From positions 1-47,455 of the forward strand of contig PAMO01000028.1 of NCBI GenBank assembly GCA_002707325.1: a stretch of DNA of 47,455 nt, given 5' to 3'. This DNA comes from Gammaproteobacteria bacterium (lineage in GTDB: Bacteria > Pseudomonadota > Gammaproteobacteria > Pseudomonadales > Azotimanducaceae). Below are positions 1 to 10,262 of the stretch, in pieces. Made by a program: the position numbers and the translations under genes. Every line of letters starts with the position of its first letter. Within the stretch, counting starts at the first letter, position 1. The notes under the pieces were generated by a model that had not been told where the DNA came from, ran no database searches, and saw only the letters and a program-made list of their open reading frames with translations.

Positions 1-2
1 AA

Positions 3-435
3 ATAAATTTACCTCCTTTAAGGAGAAGGCGAGAAGATATTCACTTGTTATTTAGAAAGTTTTGTTCCGATTTTGCACAAAAATATAGTATGCCTGCAAT
101 AAAATTAGAGGATAAAGCGGTTAAAATTTTAGTTAACTACAGTTGGCAGGGTAATATTAGACAGTTAAGAAATATTGCTGAACAAGTGTCTGTTCTTGAA
201 GAAAACAGAGCAATAACAGCATCTACCCTGCACGGATATTTACCTAACAACAATTCAAGCAATTTACCTGCGGTAGTTTCCAATTCTAAATCTGAAAGTG
301 ATTTCAGCAACGAAAGAGAAATCCTATACAAGGTTTTGTTCGATATGAAAGGCGACCTTAACGACCTTAAGAAGTTGACCATGGAGCTACTTAAGAACAA
401 TGATTCTCAAAAAGTTCAAAAAGAGAATGAAAACC
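3..435 (+). pseudogene. Internal fragment of a sigma-54-dependent (NtrC/Fis family) transcriptional activator: end of the AAA+ module plus linker. The N-terminus is lost at the window edge and the C-terminal HTH is missing.
   Basis: The frame is open from base 3. INLPPLRRRREDIHLLFRKF ... VNYSWQGNIRQLRNIAEQ matches the LPPLRxRxEDI and Y-x-W-x-GN-(I/V)-R-(E/Q)-L-x-N motifs of enhancer-binding proteins. Homology ends near 435, after which the track ORF 45..506 simply reads through the antisense of rpmB. My count for bases 1-100 is 31 percent GC, much lower than the neighbouring genes. Confidence 0.6.
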
Positions 436-558
436 TTATACGTAAAATCTATGGTAATGAAGATTTGGGGCAAAACGTCGGCGCGTTCGGTTTTTTGCAT
501 GGCTAACATTATTGCCCGCCATTGGGCCCTTACCTGTAACCTGGCATACCTGAGACAT
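436..558 (-). pseudogene. rpmB: 5' fragment of ribosomal protein L28 (first 40 codons only)
   Basis: Minus-strand translation [40 protein letters not shown] matches the L28 N-terminus (E. coli [40 protein letters not shown]...). An AAGGAA Shine-Dalgarno lies upstream of the ATG at 558. The reading frame stops right after ...HRFYV at about 436, although L28 normally continues for about 38 more residues. Confidence 0.75.
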
Positions 559-751
559 TGCTAGCATTCCTTTACGGAAAAGAGGCGCGTTTATACTACA
601 GTGTAACTTGCTCCACAAGTCTTCTTACAAAGACTGGGGCTGGAAAACCTAAATTTTGTGTTACGGTGCAGGAATTTAGGCCATAGTGACTATGCGCTGG
701 TAATGGTATCGTTGCACCAGTGAAACTTACTAATTTGCAGGGAATTCGATT

Positions 752-2038
752 ATGCCCTCAAAAATTCTGCGTGATTTCGTTAACCTCGAATCCAAAAACG
801 TACTACTTGGAGTTACAGGTGGCATCGCTGCCTATAAAAGCCCAGAGTTAGTTAGGCTGTTAAGAGGCGAAAAAGCTTCTGTTCAGGTCGTCACTACGGC
901 TTCCGCAAAACAATTTGTGACTAATACCACCCTTCAATCGGTTTCTGGTCGGCCAGTGCGCGACAACTTATGGGACTCATCAGCCGAGGCCGCCATGGGG
1001 CACATTGAACTTGCGCGTTGGGCAGACTTAATACTTATAGCGCCTGCTACCGCGAACCTGTTGAGTGATCTTGCAACGGGGCGGGCAGGCTCTCTACTTA
1101 CTACGCTATGTTTGGCAAGCGAAGCGCCTATAGTTATTGCGCCAGCCATGAATAGGGTGATGTGGGAACACTTAGCCACACAGGAAAACATCAAAAAACT
1201 TAAGAAACGAGGAACCATCATTCTTGGTCCGGATGACGGGGAACAAGCCTGCGGAGAAATTGGTCCCGGCAGAATGAGAGAGCCAGAAGCTATTCTTTCT
1301 GACCTGAAAATACTAGGCTCGCCAAAAACAGGGGCTGGCCCTCAAAAACTAGAGGGGAAAAAAGTAGTAATAACAGCAGGTCCGACTAGAGAACCCATAG
1401 ATCCAGTGCGATATATCAGTAACCATAGCTCAGGAAAACAGGGATATGAGTTGGCCACAGCAGCGAAAGACTTAGGTGCTAATGTGATATTAATCTCTGG
1501 TCCAGCTAATCTTCCTGCTCCTATAGGAGTAAAGCTCATTAATGTAATTACAGCCCAAGAGATGTGTGCTGAAGTGGAAAAACAGCTACATGATTGCGAT
1601 GTTTTCATAGGAGTTGCTGCTGTTGCTGATTATCGGCCCTCCACCGTGTCCCCAAAGAAAATAAAAAAAGATGCAACTAGAAACAAATCTGAGATCAGTT
1701 TAACCCTCGAAGAGAACCCTGACATTATTGCTTACGTGGCTAAAAGTGCTCATCGGCCTTTGACAATAGGCTTTGCTGCGGAAACTGATTCTGCCGAAGA
1801 AAATGCTCTCAAGAAGCTAAAAGAAAAAAAGCTAGATGCGATCATAGTGAATGACGTAACGGCGAATGGTGTGGGTTTTGATAGCGACGAAAACGCGGCT
1901 ACCCTTATTTGGACAGAAGGGAAAACTCACTATGAAAAACAAAGTAAAGCATCGTTATCAATCACGATAATGCGAAAAATAGAGAAGCTTTTTTTCTCCG
2001 AAACAGCCCTATCAGCAACAAAACAAAAGATGGGGTAG
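752..2038 (+). CDS. coaBC: Bifunctional phosphopantothenoylcysteine decarboxylase / phosphopantothenate-cysteine ligase
   Basis: 428 aa. N-terminal flavoprotein motif LLGVTGGIAAYKSPELVRLL, and a C-terminal CoaB domain (ITAGPTREPIDPVRYISNHSSGKQG). Sits in the conserved position divergent from rpmB. Confidence 0.95.
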   Translation: MPSKILRDFVNLESKNVLLGVTGGIAAYKSPELVRLLRGEKASVQVVTTASAKQFVTNTTLQSVSGRPVRDNLWDSSAEAAMGHIELARWADLILIAPATANLLSDLATGRAGSLLTTLCLASEAPIVIAPAMNRVMWEHLATQENIKKLKKRGTIILGPDDGEQACGEIGPGRMREPEAILSDLKILGSPKTGAGPQKLEGKKVVITAGPTREPIDPVRYISNHSSGKQGYELATAAKDLGANVILISGPANLPAPIGVKLINVITAQEMCAEVEKQLHDCDVFIGVAAVADYRPSTVSPKKIKKDATRNKSEISLTLEENPDIIAYVAKSAHRPLTIGFAAETDSAEENALKKLKEKKLDAIIVNDVTANGVGFDSDENAATLIWTEGKTHYEKQSKASLSITIMRKIEKLFFSETALSATKQKMG

Positions 2039-2077
2039 AGAGAATCAGCTCCCTCCTTTGCAAGCTGAGGTTTCCTT

Positions 2078-3478
2078 GTGAAAGATTCAACAAATAAGCA
2101 AGCCAGACTGAAAATCGACAAACGCATCTTCAGAGCGTATGACATTCGAGGGATAGTCAAAACCGAGTTGTCTCCAGATATTGTTTACCTAATTGGCAAG
2201 GCCTTCGCTACAAAAGCGGTGAGATCTAGCCAGCCGGAAATGGTCGTTGGCAGGGATGGCAGGCTCTCAAGTAGCACTCTTCGTGATGCGCTAGTTTCTG
2301 GTTTAATCGATGCAGGCATAAATGTTGTAGACGTTGGTTTAGTCCCAACACCCATTCTTTATTACGCGACAAACAAATTGGGTCTAGGGACGGGGATAAT
2401 GATAACGGGTAGCCATAATCCACCCGAGTACAATGGGTTGAAAATGATGATTGCTGGAAACACTCTGGCCGGTAATGAAATAGCCGAACTTTATGAAAGT
2501 ATAGTGAACGGCGATCTGCTGAATGGTAGCGGTACTGCGGGCAGTCTAGCCTTAGACATTAAATATGAGGAAGAGATCAAAAAAGATATAACGCTCGAAA
2601 GAAAAATTAAGGTAGTTGTCGACTGCGGGAATGGCGCAGCAAGTAATATCGCTCCAAGACTACTAGAAGGCCTGGGTTGCGAAGTCATCCCTTTGTACTG
2701 CAAAGTAGATGGAACCTTTCCTAACCATCACCCAGATCCCGCGGATCCAAATACTTTGAAAGACCTCAAAAATACGGTTTTACAGCACGAAGCTGATATA
2801 GGCATCGCCTTTGACGGAGATGGCGATAGGATAGGAGTAGTGACCGAAAAAGGTGCCATTATCTGGCCCGACCGACTAATGATGCTCTTCGCTGAAAGTA
2901 TTATTAGCCGCCACCCCGCAACCCCAATCATTTACGACGTAAAATGTAGCCGAAATCTTGAAAAGGTTATAGAGAACAAAGGTGGTGTAGCAATAATGTG
3001 CAAGACCGGTCATTCACATATTAAGGCCAAAATGAAAGAAACTGGAGCCCTGCTCGGGGGAGAGTTCAGTGGCCACATTTGTATTGCCGAAAGATGGCTT
3101 CCTTTCGATGACGCTATTTACGCGTCAGCTAGACTAATCGAACTCTTGAGCAAAGAAGACTGCGCCCTAAGTGACATTTTTGCTAACTATCCATCTACCC
3201 ACAATACTCCTGAAATAAAGATCCCTACAACCGAGGACAAGAAATTCGCGATAATCGATCGCCTTTCCCGAGCGGGAGGATTTGAAGGAGGAAAAATTTC
3301 AACCATCGATGGAGTTCGGGTTGACTATGACGATGGATGGGGTTTAATCCGAGCATCAAATACCAGCCCGGTACTAACTTTGCGTTTCGAGGGTGAAAAC
3401 GAGGCAGCCCTAGAGAGAATAAAAAAGGTTTTCCAAAGCCGCCTAAGCAATATTGAGCCTAATCTAACTTTTCTATAA
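2078..3478 (+). CDS. algC: Phosphomannomutase/phosphoglucomutase (alpha-D-phosphohexomutase family)
   Basis: 466 aa with a GTG start. Active-site loop TGSHNPPEYNG, Mg-binding loop FDGDGDR and sugar loop GGEFSGH. The coaBC-(dut)-algC-argB order matches Pseudomonas. Confidence 0.9.
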   Translation: MKDSTNKQARLKIDKRIFRAYDIRGIVKTELSPDIVYLIGKAFATKAVRSSQPEMVVGRDGRLSSSTLRDALVSGLIDAGINVVDVGLVPTPILYYATNKLGLGTGIMITGSHNPPEYNGLKMMIAGNTLAGNEIAELYESIVNGDLLNGSGTAGSLALDIKYEEEIKKDITLERKIKVVVDCGNGAASNIAPRLLEGLGCEVIPLYCKVDGTFPNHHPDPADPNTLKDLKNTVLQHEADIGIAFDGDGDRIGVVTEKGAIIWPDRLMMLFAESIISRHPATPIIYDVKCSRNLEKVIENKGGVAIMCKTGHSHIKAKMKETGALLGGEFSGHICIAERWLPFDDAIYASARLIELLSKEDCALSDIFANYPSTHNTPEIKIPTTEDKKFAIIDRLSRAGGFEGGKISTIDGVRVDYDDGWGLIRASNTSPVLTLRFEGENEAALERIKKVFQSRLSNIEPNLTFL

Positions 3479-3481
3479 TTG

Positions 3482-4378
3482 ATGGACATGGAAAAAGAAA
3501 ATAAGACTAAAGCAGCGAGGGTGCTGACCGAAGCCCTGCCTTATATCCAAAAATTTCACGGTTCCACCTTCATTATCAAATATGGTGGGAATGCCATGGT
3601 TGAGGAGGGGCTAAAAAATAATTTTGCCCGAGATATTGTGTTAATGAAGCTAGTGGGCCTGAACCCAATAGTGGTCCATGGTGGTGGCCCCCAAATTGGG
3701 ACGTTACTTGATCGCCTGAATATCCCGTCTAAATTCGTGGCCGGCATGAGGGTAACTAATTCGGAGACTATGGACGTTGTAGAAATGGTATTAGGCGGCC
3801 TAGTAAACCAAGAAATAGTATCTCTAATTAATAAGAATGGCGGGAAAGCTGTCGGCATAACAGGAAAGGATGGGGACCTAATTACCGCTCGTAAGTTAGA
3901 GGTTAATGAAGCCTCCAACGAACTAAAAGCATCGGAAATTATTGATATTGGACAGGTTGGAGAGGTTGAAAAGGTAAATGCCGAGGTGCTGAATACCTTG
4001 ATCGAACAAAACTTTATACCAGTAGTTGCGCCAATTGGTGTTGGTGCGGAGGGCGAATCTTATAATATTAATGCTGACCTTGTAGCCGGTCGGTTAGCTG
4101 CTGAGCTCCATGCTGAAAAACTAATTCTAATAACGAATACACCAGGAATTCTAGATGAGAAGGGAGAAACAATACCTAATCTCACGATTCCGGAGCTAGA
4201 CAATTTAATACTACAAGGAGTTATCAAAGAGGGAATGCTACCTAAAGCACAATGCGCAAAAACAGCTGTTGCGCAGGGGGTGCGCAGTGCGCAAATAATT
4301 GACGGAACGCTGCCAAACTCGTTACTCCTTGAAATTTTCACTGATGAAGGGATAGGGACTCAGGTTATAGATGCCTAA
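3482..4378 (+). CDS. argB: Acetylglutamate kinase
   Basis: Motifs [19 protein letters not shown] and [10 protein letters not shown]. The track ORF starts at TTG 3479; ATG 3482 or 3488 is more likely. Confidence 0.93.
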   Translation: MDMEKENKTKAARVLTEALPYIQKFHGSTFIIKYGGNAMVEEGLKNNFARDIVLMKLVGLNPIVVHGGGPQIGTLLDRLNIPSKFVAGMRVTNSETMDVVEMVLGGLVNQEIVSLINKNGGKAVGITGKDGDLITARKLEVNEASNELKASEIIDIGQVGEVEKVNAEVLNTLIEQNFIPVVAPIGVGAEGESYNINADLVAGRLAAELHAEKLILITNTPGILDEKGETIPNLTIPELDNLILQGVIKEGMLPKAQCAKTAVAQGVRSAQIIDGTLPNSLLLEIFTDEGIGTQVIDA

Positions 4379-4961
4379 AAGTAATCGGCGCCAAGAAATT
4401 CTACAAACTCTAGCGGTAATGCTGGAGGAGGGTCATGGATCCCGAATTACAACGGCAGCGCTGGCCCAAAAAGTCGGGGTCTCAGAAGCTGCACTATACC
4501 GGCATTTCCCAAGTAAAACGAAAATGCTTGAAGGCTTGATTGAATATATTGAGGAAAGTCTTTTTAGCCGGCTTAGCTTAATAATGACAGAGGAACCAAC
4601 TACTCAGAAAAAATGTCGTGGCCTTCTTTGGCTAATTGTCTCGTTCGCTGAACGGAACCCAGGACTGGCAAGGTTGCTTGCAGGAGACGGGCTATTGGGA
4701 GAGGACCATCGGCTACATTCTAGAATGCGTCAGATCTTCGATAGATTAGAGACACAACTCCGTATGATTCTTAGAGATTGGGAAATAACACAACCCACCG
4801 CACCTCAATTTCCAACGCCTATCATGGCTAACCTCTTGTTATCAGCTGCAGAAGGCCGCATTCATCAATATGTAAGAAGCGGGTTTCAGAAGCCGCCAAC
4901 TTACCGGCTAGAAGAACAGTGGAAAATGCTTAGCAAGGCAATCTTCGAAACTACGAACTAA
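4371..4961 (+). CDS. slmA: Nucleoid occlusion factor SlmA (TetR family)
   Basis: 196 aa. [59 protein letters not shown] closely parallels E. coli SlmA. The conserved position upstream of and convergent with pyrE supports the call. Confidence 0.88.
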   Translation: MPKSNRRQEILQTLAVMLEEGHGSRITTAALAQKVGVSEAALYRHFPSKTKMLEGLIEYIEESLFSRLSLIMTEEPTTQKKCRGLLWLIVSFAERNPGLARLLAGDGLLGEDHRLHSRMRQIFDRLETQLRMILRDWEITQPTAPQFPTPIMANLLLSAAEGRIHQYVRSGFQKPPTYRLEEQWKMLSKAIFETTN

Positions 4962-5623
4962 TTAACCCCGTACTCATCTCGATATTCCTGAAGGCGAGAT
5001 AGTATAGAAGCGCTATTGATTTGCGTTTCGGGCTCTTTCTTAAAAAAAGCAATGACATCATCGAGATTTAAAAGACTCAGTACGGGCACCTTTAATTCTT
5101 CCTCAATCTGCTGCACCGCGGTTTTAGCGGATTTATTAGACAGGCACTCCTGTCGATCCATAGTAACGATTACTCCTGCCAACTCGGCATCGGTATGCTT
5201 AAGTAAACTAATCGATTCCCTAATAGCAGACCCGGCAGTAAGCACATCATCGACAAGTAAAATCTTTCCTCCAATCTCTGCTCCGACAAAATGGCCGCCC
5301 TCTCCATGTGGCTTAACCTCTTTCCTATTAAAGGCCCATCCAACATCATAGCCCCTTCGAGCAAGAGCCTCGGCGGTAGAAACAACTAATGGTATCCCTT
5401 TATACGCGGGCCCAAATAGCAAATCGAAGGCGATGCCAGCCTCTAAAATCCGGTCAGCATAGGCTTCAGCTAGCCTGGTAGTCTTTACCCCAGTATTTAT
5501 AGATCCCAAATTAAAAAAATAAGGGCTCTCTCGCCCCGATTTTAGTCGAAAATTCCCAAATATAAGTACCCCACTATCGATAAGGAAATCTACTAATCCC
5601 TTTGCTTCTCCTCTGTCACTCAT
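4958..5623 (-). CDS. pyrE: Orotate phosphoribosyltransferase
   Basis: [17 protein letters not shown] and the PRPP loop [13 protein letters not shown]. The start is probably MSDRG (5623) rather than 5629. Overlaps the rph stop, as in the rph-pyrE operon. Confidence 0.93.
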   Translation of the reverse strand: MSDRGEAKGLVDFLIDSGVLIFGNFRLKSGRESPYFFNLGSINTGVKTTRLAEAYADRILEAGIAFDLLFGPAYKGIPLVVSTAEALARRGYDVGWAFNRKEVKPHGEGGHFVGAEIGGKILLVDDVLTAGSAIRESISLLKHTDAELAGVIVTMDRQECLSNKSAKTAVQQIEEELKVPVLSLLNLDDVIAFFKKEPETQINSASILSRLQEYRDEYGVN

Positions 5624-6353
5624 CCCCAACCTCCTCAGGTATTAGGATACCTAAAGCCGCTCGCTGGATTGCAAAGAGACGCTCGGTCCCGGTTTTGCCT
5701 AATTTAAGCATTGCAAGCAGTTCCTGTTCCGAAAACGGGGCTCCTTCGGCAGTCCCCTGTAATTCTATAAAGCCACCATCCTCCAGTACCACCATATTCA
5801 TATCAGTTTCTGCTGCAGAGTCTTCTGCGTAATCCAAATCGAGTATCGGTTTCCCTTTCCAAATTCCAACGGAGACTGCCGCCACCAGCTGTCGGTATGC
5901 ACCCTCTAAACCGCGCCCCTTTAAAGCATCATGTAACGCCACAGCTGCCCCACTTATCGAGGCTGTACGAGTACCGCCATCAGCCTGAATAACATCACAA
6001 TCTATTCGAATAGTCCGTTCCCCTAGCAATCTCATATCAATTGCGGCTCTCAAGGATCGGCCAATTAGGCGCTGGATCTCATAGGTTCTGCCGCTTTGTT
6101 TTCCTCTAGCTGCCTCGCGATCTACCCTGGTATGTGTTGAGCCAGGCAGCATCCCATACTCCGCTGTGATCCAACCGATTCCTTTTCCCCGCAAAAAGCC
6201 AGGAACAGTATTCTCCACAGTAGCCGTACAAATAACCTTGGTCCCACCGAATTCAACTAATACCGATCCCGCGGCGTTAGCCGTAAAATTCCGCGCAAAC
6301 CCAACACTACGGAGTTCATTTAAAGCCCTTCCACTTGGTCTTCCCTCTTGCAC
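5616..6353 (-). CDS. rph: Ribonuclease PH
   Basis: 245 aa. [33 protein letters not shown] and [18 protein letters not shown] match RNase PH nearly motif for motif. Confidence 0.95.
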   Translation of the reverse strand: MQEGRPSGRALNELRSVGFARNFTANAAGSVLVEFGGTKVICTATVENTVPGFLRGKGIGWITAEYGMLPGSTHTRVDREAARGKQSGRTYEIQRLIGRSLRAAIDMRLLGERTIRIDCDVIQADGGTRTASISGAAVALHDALKGRGLEGAYRQLVAAVSVGIWKGKPILDLDYAEDSAAETDMNMVVLEDGGFIELQGTAEGAPFSEQELLAMLKLGKTGTERLFAIQRAALGILIPEEVGDE

Positions 6354-6614
6354 AGTCCACCTCTAGTTATTTTCCATCGAGATTATAAAGCAGGTAGCTA
6401 AGGAAGAATGCGATTAGTGTAAATTAGTTTTATGATTTGTCGGGGTTTAAGCTAAAATTCCAGTTGTGGAACCCTGTAGCAAGTTAGCCGGTTAAGGACC
6501 CCGACTAACCTCGTCCGTTTTAAAGGCAACAGACATTGGGAAGACAAAAAAGAACAAGCTGGCACAGTCAACATTTTGGCAATAGCTGTAAGACAAATAA
6601 CAGGCAGATATAAA

Positions 6615-7247
6615 ATGCGTATCCTATCAAGCTCTAATCAGATCTTCGTTATTTCAGCGCCTTCTGGCGCTGGTAAAACTAGCCTGGTTGACGCATTGCT
6701 CAACAAAGATGCGAATATTGTTGGCTGCACATCGCATACCACGCGACCCCTAAGAGAGGGCGAAATAAATGGTGAAAACTACCATTTCGTTGACGATAGC
6801 GAGTTCATGAAACTCATAAAGAATAATCAGTTCGTAGAGTATGCAAATGTTTTCGGTTATAGATATGGAACATCTGAACTGGAACTAGAGAAGACTCTGA
6901 ATGCTGGGCTTGACGTCATTCTGGAAATAGACTGGCAAGGCGCAGAACAAGTTCGGAACGCTTACAATAACTGTAGCTCTATATTTATCCTCCCGCCTAG
7001 CCTATCGGCACTTGAAGAGCGACTGCGCTCTAGAGGGAAGGATACGGCGGAAGTTATCAGGGCGCGGTCCCAAGAAGCAGCTAGGGAAATCAAACAATGC
7101 GATAACTTCGATTATGTAATCGTGAACGACGATTTTAATAAGGCTTTACAAGAACTAGTAACTATCATTAACGCTGTCCGTCTAGAGACCAGCAAACAAC
7201 GCCTTAAACTAGCTTCCCTCCTTAGGAATCTATTGCCAGATGAATGA
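6615..7247 (+). CDS. gmk: Guanylate kinase
   Basis: P-loop SAPSGAGKTS and TTRPLREGEINGENYHFV. ATG 6615 (MRILSS...) is preferred over the upstream TTG at 6576. Confidence 0.93.
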   Translation: MRILSSSNQIFVISAPSGAGKTSLVDALLNKDANIVGCTSHTTRPLREGEINGENYHFVDDSEFMKLIKNNQFVEYANVFGYRYGTSELELEKTLNAGLDVILEIDWQGAEQVRNAYNNCSSIFILPPSLSALEERLRSRGKDTAEVIRARSQEAAREIKQCDNFDYVIVNDDFNKALQELVTIINAVRLETSKQRLKLASLLRNLLPDE

Positions 7248-7322
7248 ACGTCCTGTTGCAAGATATATCTGCGCTGGTTAGACTCGCAGCCTCATACAAC
7301 AGTTTGAAGATTAAGGTACGGC

Positions 7323-7601
7323 ATGGCGCGTGTGACGGTAGAGGATTGTCTAGATAATGTAGAGAACCGATTTGCTTTGGTCATGCTTGCTTCCCGGCGA
7401 GCAAGGCAAATGAGACGTTTCGGGGTGGATCCACTTGTACCAGAAGAGGACGATAAAGCTACCGTAATAGCCTTGAGAGAGATAGCCGAAGGCCTCATTT
7501 CAACAGAAATGCTTGACGCACAGGAAGTCAGGCAAGAGGACGAAGAAATAGATATTTCATTCGGCACGGGAGATGAGCAAAACGGCGACAACCAAGCATA
7601 G
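7323..7601 (+). CDS. rpoZ: DNA-directed RNA polymerase subunit omega
   Basis: [29 protein letters not shown] is the canonical omega N-terminus. gmk-rpoZ-spoT synteny supports it. Confidence 0.95.
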   Translation: MARVTVEDCLDNVENRFALVMLASRRARQMRRFGVDPLVPEEDDKATVIALREIAEGLISTEMLDAQEVRQEDEEIDISFGTGDEQNGDNQA

Positions 7602-9861
7602 CAAACAGGGCCCCAGGCCAAACGTAAATGGATCTCCAGAAGTCATGGAGGCAAGCCTTAAAGCCGAGGGAACCAGACATAGCGAGTCTTATTTCACGGC
7701 CAAACTTGCAGCGTCAGCTAAGGCCAATAAAGTGGCTGCCCCAATTAGTATCGATGGGCTTTGTGAAGCGCTCCAGCTATACCTTTCGCCTGAACAAATT
7801 AGGAAGGTAAGACGCGCATACGAGTACGCACGTACTCAACATACCGGCCAATATAGAAGAACCGGTCACGAATATATTTCTCATCCCCTCGCCGTTGCAA
7901 AAATCCTCGCTGAAATGCGCATGGACCATCAAACTCTCATGGCTGCATTACTTCATGATGTTATCGAAGACACTCATACCGATCGAGCAACTGTTGCCAA
8001 GAAATTCGGGAAATCAGTTGCGGAAATTGTTGATGGCGTCTCAAAGCTTTCAAAAATTTTTCATTCTAAGGATGAAGCCCAAGCCGAAAATTTCCAAAAA
8101 ATGGCTATGGCCATGGCAAAGGACATTCGGGTAATAATCGTGAAGCTGGCCGACCGGCTTCATAACATGCGAACTATTGGTGTCATGTCTCGCGATCAAC
8201 GAAAGCGTACTGCTCGCGAAACACTGGACTATTATGCACCAATTGCAAATCGCCTTGGAATTCATAACCTAAAACTTGAATTTGAGGATTTAGGTTTCCA
8301 TGCCTTATATCCTCTTAGAGCTGACCGTATTTCTAGAGCTGTGCAATCAGCTAAAGGCAACCGGAAAGAACTTATGGAGGAGCTCAGAAAGTCCTTGGAG
8401 GGCTCACTCAAAACAGAGGCTATTACTGCAAAAGTAACTGGGCGCGAAAAACATCTCTACTCTATTTACAGCAAGATGCGGTCTCAACAAAAACCATTTT
8501 CCGAAATCATGGATGTCTTTGGATTTCGGGTAACGGTCAACCAGGTAGATGATTGTTACAGGGCGTTGGGTATCGTACATAACCTCTACAAGCCGGTGGC
8601 AGGTAGATTTAAAGACTACGTCGCTATTCCAAAAGTGAACGGTTATCAAGCCTTACATACCACTCTTTTCGGCATGCATGGGGTACCTATCGAGGTGCAA
8701 ATTTGTACCGAACAAATGGCCGCAGTCGCTGAAAATGGTATTGCAGGCCACTGGCTTTATAAGAGCGACGAAAAAGATTTTCAAAGTAGCCAGCAACGCG
8801 CCAGACAATGGATTAAAGACTTACTTGACCTTCAACAACGCGCTGGTAACCCGCTTGAGTTTATTGAAAGCCTAAAAATCGACCTATTTCCAGATGAGGT
8901 TTATGTCTTCACCCCCAAGGGAGATATTCTAGAACTTCCAAGTGGCTCTTGCGCGGTTGACTTCGCATATGCTGTACATACGGACATCGGGGATAATTGC
9001 GTAGCCTGCAGAATCGATCGAGCGCTTGCCCCCTTATCTCAACAATTACAAAGTGGTCAAAGCGTTGAAATAATAACCTCGGATGGCGCGGGGCCGACGC
9101 CTGATTGGCTAACCTTTGTGGTATCGAGCAAGGCCCGTAGCGGGATCCGTCAGGCGCTTAAAATGCAGCAGGACTCGGAAAGTATAGAATTTGGAAGAAG
9201 GTTGCTGAATAGATCCCTCGCAAATTCGAATAAAAGTATTAAGGACCTGGATTTCCGACGCCTGCGCCGTGTATTTAAAGAATTTGGGGTAAAAAAGCTT
9301 AATGAAGTCTTGGCTGCCATAGGGAATGGGGAATTAATGGCGTATGTTGTTGCAAAGAGCCTGTTAGCGGCAGATGATCCAAATTACGAAGGTGTTCCTG
9401 TTGAAACTAGTGGCCCAATGGCAATCAGAGGCGGCGAAGGCCTGGTTATAAAGTATGGTCGATGCTGCGGGCCAGTGCCTGGCGATCTTATCGTTGGGCA
9501 TATGACACCGGGTAAAGGCTTCGTCGTGCATATAGAATCATGCGCAAACATGGTAAATGTTCGACGCGGAAGGGGAATAAATGAGATTATCCCGGCCCAC
9601 TGGGCCAATACTAGCGATGCCGAATTCCTGACCACCCTACGAATAGAGGTGCACAGGGACAAAGGGATTATTGCACAATTGGCTGCGGCAGTAACCGATG
9701 CAGATGCAGGCGTGGAAAATATTCACGTCGAAGAGCGCAACGCCGAGCTAAGCAGTGTTATTGTTACGATCGGTGTAAAAGATCGAACTAAGCTTGCTCG
9801 AGTAATCCGCAAACTTCGTGCTATTAATAGAGTAACAACCATAAGTAGAGTAAGCGCATAG
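7573..9861 (+). CDS. spoT: Bifunctional (p)ppGpp synthetase/hydrolase (RelA/SpoT homologue)
   Basis: 762 aa. HD hydrolase motifs ([20 protein letters not shown]), a synthetase domain, and TGS and ACT-like C-terminal regions. The start is uncertain: ATG 7573 overlaps rpoZ by 29 nt, and the alternative is ATG 7645. Confidence 0.9.
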   Translation: MSKTATTKHSKQGPRPNVNGSPEVMEASLKAEGTRHSESYFTAKLAASAKANKVAAPISIDGLCEALQLYLSPEQIRKVRRAYEYARTQHTGQYRRTGHEYISHPLAVAKILAEMRMDHQTLMAALLHDVIEDTHTDRATVAKKFGKSVAEIVDGVSKLSKIFHSKDEAQAENFQKMAMAMAKDIRVIIVKLADRLHNMRTIGVMSRDQRKRTARETLDYYAPIANRLGIHNLKLEFEDLGFHALYPLRADRISRAVQSAKGNRKELMEELRKSLEGSLKTEAITAKVTGREKHLYSIYSKMRSQQKPFSEIMDVFGFRVTVNQVDDCYRALGIVHNLYKPVAGRFKDYVAIPKVNGYQALHTTLFGMHGVPIEVQICTEQMAAVAENGIAGHWLYKSDEKDFQSSQQRARQWIKDLLDLQQRAGNPLEFIESLKIDLFPDEVYVFTPKGDILELPSGSCAVDFAYAVHTDIGDNCVACRIDRALAPLSQQLQSGQSVEIITSDGAGPTPDWLTFVVSSKARSGIRQALKMQQDSESIEFGRRLLNRSLANSNKSIKDLDFRRLRRVFKEFGVKKLNEVLAAIGNGELMAYVVAKSLLAADDPNYEGVPVETSGPMAIRGGEGLVIKYGRCCGPVPGDLIVGHMTPGKGFVVHIESCANMVNVRRGRGINEIIPAHWANTSDAEFLTTLRIEVHRDKGIIAQLAAAVTDADAGVENIHVEERNAELSSVIVTIGVKDRTKLARVIRKLRAINRVTTISRVSA

Positions 9862-9871
9862 GTTACAGTTA

Positions 9872-10261
9872 ATGGAAAAACAAACTATTCAGACAGATAA
9901 AGCGCCAGACGCAATTGGTACATATTCGCAAGCTGTTTCACAAAATGGCTTGGTATTCCTATCGGGACAAATTGGGTTAGATCCGTCAACGATGAAGCTG
10001 ATAGACGAAGATTTCGTTTCAGAAGCGAAGCAAGCATTTAGGAACTTATCTGAAGTAGCTCTAGCGTCAGGAGCCACGCTTGATGCTGCGGTCAAAATAA
10101 ATATTTACCTAAGAAACCTCGATAATTTCCAGGCAGTAAACGAAATAATGTTATCAATATTCAAGCAGCCGTATCCAGCTAGGGCTGTAATCGGTGTCTC
10201 AAGTCTTCCCAAAAACGCGAACATTGAAGTGGACGCGATTTTATGTCTGGCTAATAGGTAA
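9872..10261 (+). CDS. ridA: RidA/YjgF/TdcF family reactive-intermediate deaminase
   Basis: 129 aa. APDAIGTYSQAV...GLVFLSGQIGLDP and PARAVIGVSSLPKNANIEVD are typical of RidA. Same position between spoT and recG as in Pseudomonas. Confidence 0.9.
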   Translation: MEKQTIQTDKAPDAIGTYSQAVSQNGLVFLSGQIGLDPSTMKLIDEDFVSEAKQAFRNLSEVALASGATLDAAVKINIYLRNLDNFQAVNEIMLSIFKQPYPARAVIGVSSLPKNANIEVDAILCLANR

Positions 10262-10262
10262 A

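Noticed and set aside
45-506. The 153-aa track ORF taken at face value as a complete gene.
   Set aside because: Its frame is open back to base 3, so it is 5'-partial. Its last roughly 24 codons are just the antisense of the rpmB fragment. It is better described as a truncated gene fragment ending at about 435.
648-680. An 8-bp inverted repeat, cctaaatt / aatttagg, in the rpmB-coaBC divergent promoter region.
   Set aside because: It might be an operator, but it is AT-rich and short, no cognate regulator is identifiable, and there is nothing to test it against.
934-1221. Antisense or alternate-frame ORFs inside strongly supported genes. Examples from the track: 934..1221, 1342..1608, 3556..3918, 5016..5351, 8404..8649, 12612..13196, 23591..23905, 28244..28549, 41839..42207, 43139..43516, 46046..46480.
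   Set aside because: Each lies wholly inside a longer ORF with clear family motifs on the other strand or frame. The translations are low-complexity (S/P/A/R-rich) shadow frames with no motifs.
6439-6505. An 8-bp inverted repeat, gtcggggt / accccgac, with a roughly 51-nt loop in the rph-gmk intergenic region.
   Set aside because: It is a single short stem with a large loop and no U-tract, and I recognise no ncRNA. It could easily be chance.
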